Assembly: GCF_006345805.1 (NCBI RefSeq)
Contig: NC_043000.1
Location: forward strand, 57,598,001-57,662,000
DNA length: 64,000 nucleotides
Origin: Octopus sinensis
Taxonomy: Eukaryota
Direction: 5' to 3'
Positions 11,441-23,063 of this stretch are shown in pieces. A model generated the notes under the pieces. It made no database searches. It was not told the DNA's origin and saw nothing but the letters and a program-made list of their open reading frames with translations. A program made the position numbers and the translations under genes. Every line of letters starts with the position of its first letter. The first letter of the stretch is position 1.

Positions 11441-12929
11441 AACAACAAACAAGATGAGGACAAATATCCATCAAATGTAAATAATGTACATAATTCCTCA
11501 TCTCTTAAATATAGAACTGTATGTTACTGGTGAAATCTGTTTGCTATGACTTGTAATTGCTCTTATTTGTGTTGGTCCAGCAATTTAGACTGAATTCTAC
11601 ATTTTTGCTGTATTTGTAAGTATATTCAAATAAACTGAACTGGTTGAGAAATTTTAGAATTGCAAAATAAATCTGGAATGATTTTTATAATCACCATTTT
11701 TTTAAAAAACATCTCTTTGCAGTAACCATTTTCTCTAAAGATAAAGTAGCCAAACTAATAGGTGATAGAGTTCATAATATAGAATAGGTTAGTATGTTGT
11801 TTAGGCAGGTGAATACAAACATTCTAGATAGGGTCCTTTGTTGGAGAAGAAATAAGGAGAAGCATGTTGGATGGTTGTAAATAAGGTAGAAGAGTGCAAC
11901 AAAGCAAATGGGCAAGTTTTTAGGCCCCTTTTTTTTTAGTTTGAGTCTACTGAATAGTATATAAAGAGATTAGTAATTTGAGCCTATGGAGGGAGAGAGA
12001 GAGTGGAAAGATCGAAAGACACAGCTAAAAGACCAGATAATAATATTTTATAGACAAAATGGATATTTTGATGTGAATACAATTGAAAAGATAAGGAGAA
12101 ACAACACCTAGAAACTAGGAATAGCAATTTTCTTTATAATTACATGTACTTTGTATAGATATGAAGTTGTAGGTGTGCTTGAAAGCACACCTACAACCTA
12201 AAGGCTTAGTGAAATATGTGAAATTGCCTCAAGTGGGAATGATCATAGTTCAACAATTGATTACTTTCATATATTATGATATTGAGATTATAAATAACCA
12301 CCAATGAAAAATACTCATAAATATGCTGTTGACATCATAAGAATTTAGAAACTGAGAAAATGTGAAATAATTCCTTTTTGAAACAGTGAAACCCAAAGCT
12401 GATAAAGCTATGAATAATAACATGTAAATATCTGTTCAAAAACCCTTTGGATAGAAAATGTTGAAGGCTGCCAATGAGACTTGAACCCACCTCTTCTACA
12501 AGAAGTACATTTGAGTTGCATGGGCAGTCTTCAACATAGGTTCATTGACTGTGAGTTTCATTGCTCCAGAAAGGAATTATTTAACCTACAAATATGTTTC
12601 CCATTACAAAAAAGGAAAGGTTTGAGTTCTTAACAAGCTTTAACAAGTAACCACTCCAAGCACCAAACCATTTAAGGGATTATTTACGTATTTTCTGGTC
12701 AAATATATTGGGCTAATTAGAATTAAGAATCTTGTCTAAGAACACAATAAGTGATGGGTGGCTGTTTTAAATCCCATCACCAGCAATACAGTACATCCCT
12801 AGCAAAGACATTTACCTCTCAATGACCATAGTCCATGATGGGCCAGTGGAAGATAGTAGGACTACTGTATGGCTAGTGAGTGTTTTGTGAAAGCTGAACC
12901 CAAATTTTTCCGAGTACCATACAAGTGCG

Positions 12930-13342
12930 ATCGTTGCCAGAGCAACAAACTGGCCTCTGTGCTGGTGGCACATAAAAAGCACCATTCGAGTGTGATCATT
13001 ATCTGCGTTGCCTTTCTGGCACTTGTGCTGATGGCACGTGAAAAACATTCGAGTGAGGTCATTGCCAGTATCGCTGGACTGGCTCCTGTGCAGGTGGCAC
13101 ATAAAAAGCACCATTTGAGTGTGGCCGTTGCCAGTACCGTCTGACTGGCCCTCTTGCCAGTGGCACGTAAAAGCACCCACTACACTCTCGGAGTGGTTGG
13201 CATTAGGAAGGACATCCAGCTGTAGAAACTCTGCCAGATCAGATTGGAGTCTGGTGCAGCCATCTGGTTCGCCAGCCCTCAGTCAAATCGTCCAACCCAT
13301 GCTAGCATGGAAAGCAGACATTAAACAATGATGATGATGATG
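12930..13342 (+). mobile_element. RTE-LINE 3' end / RTE-tailed SINE-like copy with about 60-bp internal repeats and (gat)n tail
   Basis: Repeated ggtggcacgtaaaagcacc units, then gagtggttggcattaggaaggacatccagctgtagaaac...ccatgctagcatggaaagc...(gat)n, the same as the 3' UTR of the RTE at 16920-18280. Confidence 0.8.
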
Positions 13343-13749
13343 CAGACATTTTCCAGTGCAAGCAGGAAAATGTATTTCAACAGTTGAGTTGAACTCTATG
13401 ACAGATAGGATAAGTTCCAGATCTTTTGTTACAACATAGGCTGTTTTCCAGATGAATGTAATGTAGGCATAGATCTGGAGAAGAAATTACACACTTCAGA
13501 TCAACACTGAATCTATCAATATTCTAGGCACTCTATAACTTGACTGAAATGAAATCTGTGAAAATGCTTGCAGCAAATTTCATAGTAATAAACTCTATGT
13601 CAGATGTACAGAATCTTACTCATCTGCCTTCCCTGCCTTTTGCATGCCTGTGTATGTGTTTGTGCATGTGAGTGAATACATGCACTCGCAACATACAACA
13701 TAAAAATGAAAAATCAGAAGTTTACAAATAAAATGTAATTAAAACCTAC

Positions 13750-13812
13750 CTTACAGGTCTGTGAATACTCCATATTGTCAGGAACAACATCAGAACTAAA
13801 GTTGAGGAATTC
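13750..13812 (-). CDS. RMC1: RMC1 coding exon 4
   Basis: Acceptor aattgcag|; encodes EFLNFSSDVVPDNMEYSQTCK, cf. DFCNF...EYTQECK. Donor AAG|gtaggt; 63 nt. Confidence 0.88.
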
Positions 13813-14004
13813 CTGCAATTAAAATTATAAGCTTTATATATAAATAAAACAAAAAAATTCTAGCAGGCTGAGTGCAATTGTGTAGAGGTTCCCTTGTTGG
13901 CTTTTTAAAATATAGTATGAGGAAGTGGGGCAAGGTGAGATTCAGTGTGGATGATGAGATCATGAAAGGCAGATACATCAGTGGGTTTTGATTAATCTTT
14001 TCCT

Positions 14005-14868
14005 TTGGAAGTATGCTGTGCGTGAGAAAACCCGGCAAGACCAGTGAGAACAGTCAAAATCAAACCAAATCAATACATATATCAGAAAGCAGAACCAAAT
14101 TGAGGTCGATCAACATCAGGGCCCCCGTGCAGGTGACACGTAAAAGCACCATCCGTTCGTGTTCGTTGCCAGCCTCGCCTGGCTTCCGTGCCGGTGACAT
14201 GTAAAAGCACCATCCGTTCGTGGCCGTTTGCCAGCTCTGTCTGGCCCCCGTGCCGGTGACATGTAAAAGCACCATCCGTTCATGGTCGTTTGCCAACCCT
14301 GTCTGGCCCCTGTGTTGGTGGCATGTAAAAGCACCATCCGTTCGTGTCCGTTGCCAGCCTCGCCTGGCCCCCATGCCGGTGACACGTAAAAGCACCATCC
14401 GTTTCGTGGTCATTTGCCAGCTCTGTCTGGCCCCCGTGTTGGTGGCACGTAAAAGCACCATCTGTTCATGTCCGTTGCCAGCCTCGCCTGGCCCCCGTGC
14501 CGGTGACACGTAAAAGCACCATCCGTTTCGTGGCCGTTTGCCAGCTCTGTCTGGCCCCCGTGTTGGTGGCACGTAAAAGCAGCATCCGTTCGTGTCCGTT
14601 GCCAGCCTCGCCTGGCCCCCGTGCCGGTGACACGTAAAAGCACCATTCGTTCATGGCCGTTTGCCAGCTCTGTCTGGCACCTGTGCGGGTGACACGTAAA
14701 AAGCACCCACTACACTCACGGAGTGGTTGGCGTTAGGAAGGGCATCCAGCCGTAGAAACACTGCCAGATCTGACTGGGCCTGATGAAGCCTTCCAGCTTC
14801 ACAGACCCCAGTTGAACCGTCCAACCCATGCTAGCATGGGGAACGGACGCTAAATGATGATGATGATG
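14005..14868 (+). mobile_element. RTE-LINE 3' fragment containing a 10-copy, about 61-bp tandem array
   Basis: Starts like the RTE ORF end (tggaagtatgctgtgcgtgagaaaacccggcaag, cf. 17798). Array about 14120-14710; ends in (gat)n. CpG-rich, so probably young. Confidence 0.85.
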
Positions 14869-15450
14869 AATCATAAAGACCCACATACTCAACTTTCCAA
14901 TAGCATTAAGTTAATCTTGTTCTGGGACTAAAATTTAGGTATGGGTAACAATTTTTGTCTTTAGCAGCAACTGAGTTCAGCATTGAAAGTCAACAAAATA
15001 CATTTCCACTTTAACAATAATCAGGGAACCTTTAAATGTTTGCTTCATCTGCTAAAAATAGTAGCCAAATCTTCCTTAAATCACACTCTCATGTCTTGTC
15101 TTAAAAACAGAAAGAAAGAAAGGATGCATGAGATAATGTAATGTCCAACATATAAAAATATGAGATGTTCAGGCTTGGAACATCATTGATCATAGGTCTA
15201 CTGAATCAGGGATAACACTAGCAGCAACAAATTATATCACCTATTCATAGATATTTATGGCTGGATGGACTTGACCATTCAGACATGAGTCTCTTGGCTA
15301 TAGACATAATCCAGCATCAGCAACAATACAACAGAGAACTTAAAATTTTATTATAGCCATTATAATAAAGCCATGTGGTCAAATGTCCAGCTAATTAATA
15401 TGTTTTTCATGATGTATAAAATTTGCTGTTACGCAGTTTATCATTTATAT

Positions 15451-16173
15451 CAGTGGTTCTCAACCATTTTTTGCCTATGGACTCCTTTGGTTTCTATTTT
15501 ACTCTCCAGGACCTTCATAGCCATTTGATGCATATAAAAAATAAAATCAATGGAATTCTTTACACATGGCACATAACACCTCAAAACCTTTTTACTTTTT
15601 GGAATTTGCATAAAACTTTTGCAAATTTGTATTCTAAACACAGGAAATCATTTGACTATGCAAAAAAAAAATTATTTTAATCTTTTGAAATTTTTTTTCT
15701 TAAATCACAGTTCAAAATATGGACAGTCCAAAGTTTTTGCTTAAATCCCAGCAATAAACCATTAAATGTGTTTATGGGGAGAAAGATATCGAAAAAAAAC
15801 TAATATGTGAGAGTGACAAACAAACAAGGACAGTGTGAGGTGGTCATGAGTTGTGTTAAAAATAACACCTAAATACCCCTTAAATCACACAAAAAAAATG
15901 TTTTTGTTTTTGCATAGTCATATGATTTCTTATGTGTAGAACACAAATCCACAAAGATTTTCTGCAAATTCCAAAATATAAAAAAAAAGTCGAGGGGTTA
16001 TATGCTGTGCATAAAGCAGAATTCCATCTAAAAATCCCCCTGTAATTTTATAATTAAGTATTAATATGAACTGCATAAAAAAATTAAAATATTCTGTTTA
16101 CTGTACATAAATTTTAATAACAAAATCATATATGGGTCTCCAAGGGCCATATGAACCCTACTGAGAACCACTG
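15451..16173. mobile_element. hAT-type MITE containing a nested long-TIR MITE (about 15550-16027)
   Basis: TIRs cagtggttctca / tgagaaccactg with near-identical 8-bp flanks atttatat / atatatat. Internal inverted arms of about 120 bp (tggaattc...gactatgcaaaaa / tttttgcatagtc...gaattcca). Confidence 0.75.
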
Positions 16174-16362
16174 ATATATATGTTTATTTATATCCTATCA
16201 ATATCACTACCCACAGCTTTAAATTCGATATAAAGTAGAAACATTAAGTAGATCTGAATCCCTGAAATAATAGCAGTAGAAACAAAACTGCTGCAATATT
16301 GTGGCCTTGTTCAAGTGTCACAACTAATTACCAACATCCATCAAAAGAAAAATCTTACGTAC

Positions 16363-16447
16363 GACAGACTTGAGAGATCTTTGAACACCAAGTATTCTTC
16401 GGTCAGGTGAAAATTTGATAGAAATAACTTCCCCTCTATCTTCCATT
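16363..16447 (-). CDS. RMC1: RMC1 coding exon 3
   Basis: Acceptor ttcttttcag|A completes the Arg codon; encodes MEDRGEVISIKFSPDRRILGVQRSLKSV, cf. MDDKGEVKCIKFS...ILAVQR. Donor |gtacgt; 85 nt restores phase 0. Confidence 0.92.
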
Positions 16448-16501
16448 CTGAAAAGAATAAGCAATGATAGAAAAATTGAGATGACAATAATAAATCTCCA
16501 A

Positions 16502-16567
<66 letters not shown>

Positions 16568-16919
16568 GGATTTTTAAACATTTTTTTAATAAATTCCAAT
16601 TAGAAAATTTCATAAATTCAGATGGCAAAGAAAGTGAATGTGTATGTCTAAAGTTAAGTTTGGCGACAAGATTCCATAGAGTTTAAGTGAAGACTGATTT
16701 ATTCTAGAGTTTTAATTTTATCAGTTTGGAGTAAATGATTTCATGACTATGTTTCATTGCTACTGCTAAGCTAAGTATGATTATGTGCTTTATCAAAGGG
16801 TACAACAAAAATTGCTTGTGGATGAATGAGGAAACCATTATGCAGGTGCTCAGCCTGCAAGAAATTGCTACCAAATCTCCCTCAAATCACATTATATCAT
16901 CTTAAAAGAACATATTAAC

Positions 16920-18280
16920 TCTTACTTGATGGGGTCAGAGTTTACTTCTTGCAGAGAAATGGGTTGATAAGGTAACTGAGGCAGTCAGAGTCTGTGATAG
17001 AATACTTAAGATTAGATTAGTGCTGCAACATGGGTTAGCAACCATTATCTTAAGCTATATCCCTCAGCCGGGGCTATCTGATGAAAAGAAAGACCGATTT
17101 TATGACACCCTCTTGCAGACTGCCTTGTCGATGAATGACAGGGACCTTCTCTTTTTGGCTGGCGACTTCAATGGGTATGTTGGACAACATGCAGGGGGCT
17201 TTCATGGCATACATGGAGGCTATAGTTTTAGCAAATGCTCAGGGGCAATAAACACTGAAAATGTGCAGGAAACAGCTTCTGCCACATTCCAGGGGGAAAA
17301 ACTACAACTAGTCGATAGCTTCCATTATCTAGGTGACCAAGTCAGTAGCGGCACTGGATGCTCTGAGAGCTCCTACTTCTGCTGGTGACAAAGGGCATCT
17401 CGCTCAGAGTAAAAGGTAGACTGTATGATGCATGTGTGTGAACAGCCATGCTACATGGCAGTGAAACATGGGCCGTGACTGCTGAGGAAATGCATAAGCT
17501 TGCAAGAAATGAAGTTAGTATGCTCTGCTGGATGTGTAATGTCAGTGTGCATACACGACAGAGTGTAAGCGCCCTGAGAGAAAAGTTGAACTTAAGAAGC
17601 ATCAGATGTGGTGTGCAAGAGAGACGACTGCACTGGTATGGTCATGTGTTGTGTATGGATGAGGACAGCTGCGTGAAAAAGTGTCACACCCTAGCAGTAG
17701 AGGGAACCTGTGGAAGAGGTAGACCTGGGATAAGGTGGAGATGCATGACCTTCGAACATCGGGCTTCACCAAGGCGATGACAAATGACTGAGACCTTTGG
17801 AGATATGCTGTGCTTGAGAAGACCTGGCAAGCCAAGTGAGGCTGTAACTGTGGCCTATACCAGTGCAGCATAACCAGCCCATTTAAGAGTACCCTTCAAT
17901 CATTGGGCAATAAACTGCGCTTCTGAAGACCTGTTGAGGCTAGTGAAGTCATTGTTATGGCTGATGACTACCGCCTGATTGGCACCCGTGCTGGTGGTAC
18001 ATAAAAAGCACCATTCAAGCGTGATTGATGCCAGTGCCGTCTGACTGGCTCCCATGCTGGTGGCACGTAAAAAGTGCCATTTGAGTGTGGTTGGTGCCAG
18101 TGCTGGCTGACTGGCTTCTGTGCCGGTGGCACATAAAAAGCACCCACTGCACACTCGGAGTGGTTGACGTTAGGAAGGGCATCCAACTGTAGAAACTTTG
18201 CCAGATTTGATTGGAGCCCTCAAACTGTCCAATGCATGCTAGCATGGAAAGTGGACGTTAAACGATGATGACAGTGATGT
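16920..18280 (+). mobile_element. Internally deleted RTE-clade LINE
   Basis: APE endonuclease remnant (PQPGLSDEKKDRFYDTL...AGDFNGYVG) joined to the RT C-terminus (VDSFHYLGD; MLHGSETW; RRLHWYGHV; GRGRP), then a repeat-containing 3' UTR and (gat)n tail. Confidence 0.88.
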
Positions 18281-18809
18281 TAACATGCTAATTATAGGCA
18301 AATCAGTTCTTGCAACCTCTTTCTGTCAGTAAAAATAAAATATGTGTTCTATGTCACGAAATGTTGAGAATTCCATAAAGTACCCCACCATCAAAAATGA
18401 GTCAACTTAGCTCTCGTATATCAAGTGCACATACACAAAACTCAACATACTCAGTTCCCATACAATAAAGGTTAAACAATGAAGTTCTTTATAAACAAAA
18501 AGTCACAGTTAAAACACCTTTCATCACAGTTTAGCTTGATCAGGACTGACATAGAGTTAAACAAAATGTTTGAAATATCAATTTTATACATAGAGTCCAA
18601 AATATTACCAGAATTATTATACTGTAGCCATGCAGAAAGTAGTCCATCACTTAAATGGTACCTTTTCTGCCACTGTATAATATTCATTGATGTACAATTG
18701 ATCATTTATACCATTTTCCTATTTGTACATGCAAGATGTTTGTATAAGAATTTTTTTCTATACTCAAAGGCCTATTGTAAAATAAATAAAAATAGTAAAC
18801 CGAAGTTAC

Positions 18810-18886
18810 CGGAATGTTAGGTTACTTTTCTCATCAGGGCCCTTGACCACCACACCAGTGGTGCCACCAGCTCGGACAGCAAATAC
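18810..18886 (-). CDS. RMC1: RMC1 coding exon 2
   Basis: Acceptor ctctctttcag|; encodes VFAVRAGGTTGVVVKGPDEKSNLTF(R), cf. RMC1 VFAVRSGGATGVVVKGPDD. Donor CG|gtaact; 77 nt, ends phase 2. Not in the ORF track. Confidence 0.93.
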
Positions 18887-18979
18887 CTGAAAGAGAGATT
18901 AGACATTCAAATAACAGTAAAGTATCACTAATATTCTCTACTTGAAAGTAGGGAATATTAGTAATACTTTTATATATTA

Positions 18980-19180
18980 GTGAGCTGGCAGGATCATTAG
19001 CATGCTGGACAAAATGCTTAATGGTATTTCATCCATCTTTATATTCTGAGTTAAAGTTTTGCCAAGGTCTACTTTGCCATTCATCCTTTCAGGGTCGATA
19101 AAATAAGCACTACAGTCGATGCAATCAACTTACCCACTTCCCCGAAATTGTTGGCTTCATGCCAAAATTTGAAATCAGTA
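18980..19180 (+). mobile_element. tRNA-SINE (Meta-domain-like family)
   Basis: gtgagctggcaggatcattagc...ttctgagttaaag...actttgccattcatcctttcagggtcgataaaataag, same family as 34780. Confidence 0.7.
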
Positions 19181-19266
19181 TTCACTACTTGCTACAAAGG
19201 CATCAAAAGAAGATTATAAAAACAAAAGTAACCAGTGTGTCATATGTACGGGGGGGGGGAGGGGTA

Positions 19267-19478
19267 GGGGTGCTGAAAAGTTCCTGCCTTTAAGAGTATC
19301 GTGAAAGGCCTGGTTGGAAGCCCAACCTTCCGAGTTCTTTTATAGGGCTTAGAAAAACTGAAGGACTGCTGCAATAATTGCGTAAATCTGAAAGGGGGAT
19401 ATATTAAATAAAATCATAATTAACTGATCCTCCTGTATTTTTTTTTAACCCAAAGCCAGGAAGTTTTCAGCACCCACC
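19267..19478. mobile_element. Mariner-derived MITE
   Basis: TIRs gggtgctgaaaagttcctg / caggaagttttcagcaccc flanking a transposase 3'-end remnant. Confidence 0.75.
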
Positions 19479-21986
19479 TCACAATTTTCTAAAAATTATG
19501 TAAGTATTCTTCACATCACTGAAAATAATGGAAGAGAAAGGGGATAGATATTCAAAGGGAATTCTGAAATGACAAAGCCCATGCAAATCTCATTCAGCTC
19601 AAAGACATTCTCTGTGCATCACCTGCAAATTAAAGAGAAGTGAACCAATTATCGCTACCAAATCTGCTAAAGCATTAATTCTCTCTTTACCATTTCAAAC
19701 TGTGGCAAGATTAAAAAAAAAAAATTTTTTAATCACGTTCTCAACCACTTTCAGTTTAATCCGCCATACTACTTCCTTTGTCAGAGTCACTAAGCAACAA
19801 ACCTTCTACATGGCCAATCGGCCTGCTAGAGATAGCAGTCAAATTTTCATTAAAACATATCTTGCTATCTTAAAAAGGAAAGAACATATTAGCAAGACTA
19901 CATTATATAATGTCTGAAAAAAGATGTGAGGACTATGGAAAGCCTTCCCATCATATTTCTGCTAAGAGTTGGTCTGGGGCAAAACAATAATCCTACTTTA
20001 ATTGGTAAAGGAAAGCATCCAAATAGATTATCTTTGTGCTTGATGGCCACAAATGAAGAGATTAAAAATTTGTCAGTGAGAAAGGTCAGATCACTACCAT
20101 CTTGCAAAAAATAAAACAGGAAATACATTAAAATGTTTAAATCTATTAAAATTATTTTAATCTATTTAAAAAGTAACCAGCTGATTTACCTTTGGATACA
20201 GATGATTGATGACATCATCAACACCTAATACTTACTTTTTCATGGAACACATTTTCTGAGGAAAAGTTTTATGGCTGAATGCCAATTCTGCCATCAACCT
20301 TTTTAGTTGCCTCTCACAATGCACAGAAATGCAGTGTACATATTTTTAAAAAACTGAAACAGTAGGTTTCCAGAGAGAGAGAGAGAGAAACATCTGTTGA
20401 GTATAGTGGCAACAGTTTTCAGTTACAAGGTCAACCAGTTTGATAAGATACCAGATTACTGATTTTGTCAACTGGCAACTCCTTATGAATATAACTCATA
20501 ATTAAATAATCTAAATATATAGATAGCTTAAATCAATATGGTTGCGAAGGAGAATGGTTTACGATATTCGGATGCAGTGGTCTTTCAGTGTTGATAAACT
20601 GGCTTGTAAATTAGGCTCAATTTATGGATAATAGAATCTAGTTCATGAAGTGTATACAAGAATACTTTACTGTGAGGAAGAAATTGCTTGACTGATTACA
20701 TAATATGAACTAGCACCATCTACCTCTGCAAGAATATGGACATGAGAGTAACTGGTAAATGATTATGTTTAAAATTAACTCTGCTAATGATCTATGTCCG
20801 GATCTAGGAGAAACGCTTCTTATTTAAGTGTGGTACTAGGGGCTGTTGGGTGGTAATTAGTGGAATAACATCTGGTGGGCTGTTTCAAATTTTGGCACAA
20901 GGCCAGTAATTTTGCGGGGGGGGGGGGGCAAGTCGATTACATCAGTCCCCAGTGTTCAACTGGTACTTATTTTTTTCGACTCCAGAAGGATGAAAGGCAA
21001 AGTCCACCACAGTGGAAGTTGAACTCAGAACATAAAGAAGGACAAAATGTTGCTAAGCATTCTGCTTGGCATGCTAATGACTCTATCAGCTGACCATGCT
21101 AATATCAGCGTTAGTTCTCATACATTTTAATTAGTCTGGAACATCTACATATATACAGTAGTTGAATAACTAGAACAGCATTTAAGAGAGATCAAATGGA
21201 ATAAGTACAACTTTTCATTGTGTGATAATGCTAAAAAATAGTACAAAGACAATTAATAATTTTTGAAAACAAATTAAGTGGGAAGAATGTGATTGTCTCA
21301 TCACAAAGCTGACTAATATAGTTTCAAGTAGCACCTCTGATCTGTCTGTCTTGAACTTCAAAATCCCAGTTTTTTATTACACCTAAGAGAGTTTCTACAA
21401 TCTTTGATGAGGCTATTTGGCAAGGAGATTCCAGCTTGCTCACTTTTGAACTAGCCAAACTGATTGGTTATCATGTTAACATAGGTGTTTATACCGTTTA
21501 TGGTGACACAATTGATTATCCATAAATAGCTTTGCCCTTTATGGCAGGTCATGGTCCTGTGCTGGGAAACCTGAACATGATGGTTCAGAACTCAGGAGTC
21601 TCACTACAATACTATATAAAACAGAAAATAACTGTCAATGTTGATGGCTTTATGTTGCTATACAGACTCAGTGAACTGGTTGAGAATCAATAGTCTTGTT
21701 AAGTTTGTTTAGTCATTTAACATGTTTTTCCATTCTAGTGAGGGTTAGATGGGCAGGATTTTTTACAACTAAATGTTTTTCCTGTTATTTACCTTTACTA
21801 GTTTTTCAAATAAGGAGATTTTAATTCCAGAAGAATTCAAAAGCATTGCTGTGATAGATGATTTGTTGGAAACAAACTTAACCACTTGCAGCCCAGTCAC
21901 GAATGGAGAAGTCCCGTTTGTAATGTAGCTCACCATAGAGTGTAAACACCCATGAAAATGCGCATACACACACATATACACATATT

Positions 21987-22370
21987 GGCTGTGTGGTAAG
22001 AAGCTTGCTTCTCAATCACATGGTTCTGGGTTCAGTCCCACTGCATGGTACCTTGGACAAGTGTCTTCTACTATAGCCTCGGGCTGACCAAAGACTTGTG
22101 AGTGGATTTGGTAGACATAAAATGAAAGAAGCCCACTGTATATATATATATTTGTGTGTTTGAATCTGTGTTTGTCCTTCACCCAACACCATTGCTCGAC
22201 AGCCGATGTTGGTGTTTACATTCCCATAACTTAGCAGTTCAACAAAGATTGATAGAATAAGTGCTAAGCTTACAAAGAATAAGTCCTGAGATGGATTTGT
22301 TCAACTAAAACCTCTTAAGGTGGTACTCCAGCATGGCCATAGTCAAATGATTGAGACAAGTAATAGAATA
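21987..22370 (+). mobile_element. tRNA-SINE with central microsatellite
   Basis: ggctgtgtggtaagaagcttgcttctcaatcacatggttctgGGTTCAGTCCC...accttggacaagtgtcttc head, (ta/tg)n middle, cagcatggcc...gaaacaagt tail. Other copies at about 28065, 31147, 47223, 50290 and 62995. Confidence 0.8.
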
Positions 22371-22686
22371 TACAAACACACACACATATACAGGACAGGT
22401 TTCTTTCAGTTTGCACTTACCAAATTCCCTCACAAGGTATTTGTCAGAGCTCAGGGTCACAATAGAAGATACTCAAGGTATGTGTTGAAGATAGAATGCA
22501 CACTAATAGTTTCTCAATGTTAAAGAACATCAATAGAATTGCAAAGATATTAATTAGGCAAAGATATTTTATTCATTTTCTTATAGGTCAACTGTTAAAA
22601 CAGTGGAATGCTTTTTTTAAAAATTCTTTTGTAATTGATATGATAATGATAACTGCAACAATTGTCATAATCATAATTACGATTAT

Positions 22687-23063
22687 TGTGTTTCCATGCC
22701 ACTGCAAAAAGTAACTAAACTTTGAAGTTACTTTTTGCAGTTGGTTAAATCTAACAGGAAACAAAAGCTATCTGAGCTTCATCTTTTGATCCAATCAATG
22801 TGCAAACACATTGGTATAAGAGTAACATCATCATCATCGTTTAACGTCCGCTTTCCATGCTAGCATGGGTTGGACGATTTGACTGTCCATGCTAGCATGG
22901 AAAGTGGACGTTAAACGATGATGATGTCACTCTTATGCCAATGAGTTTGCACACGGATTGGATCAAAAGATGAAGCTCAGACAGCTTTTGTTTCCAGTTA
23001 GATTTAACCACATTCTATTTATCTTCAAAGTTTAGTTACTTTTTGCAGTGGTATGGAAACACA
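22687..23063. repeat. Long inverted repeat (arms about 180 bp) in RMC1 intron 1
   Basis: tgtgtttccatgccactgc...ccatgctagcatgg, a loop of about 18 nt, then the reverse complement through ...gtggtatggaaacaca. Confidence 0.92.

Larger units (their letters stand above)
11040..11488. mobile_element. Foldback element (arms about 190-220 bp) with hammerhead motifs and a central tRNA-like head; probably Penelope-related, non-autonomous
   Basis: 11040-11232 is the reverse complement of 11268-11488, apart from (aat)n length and scattered substitutions. The paired ORFs 10926..11162(-) and 11342..11533(+) give near-identical peptides for this reason. Confidence 0.8.

Noticed and set aside
14060-14706. 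Overlapping 60-170 aa ORFs with repeated peptides (also 12812-13331 and 17900-18245)
   Set aside because: Products of the GC-rich tandem repeat in the RTE tail; no protein-family signal.
14120-14710. CRISPR-like regularly spaced repeats
   Set aside because: The intervening sequences are themselves repeated (two alternating types) rather than unique spacers. There are no cas genes, the context is eukaryotic, and the array lies within an RTE 3' UTR.
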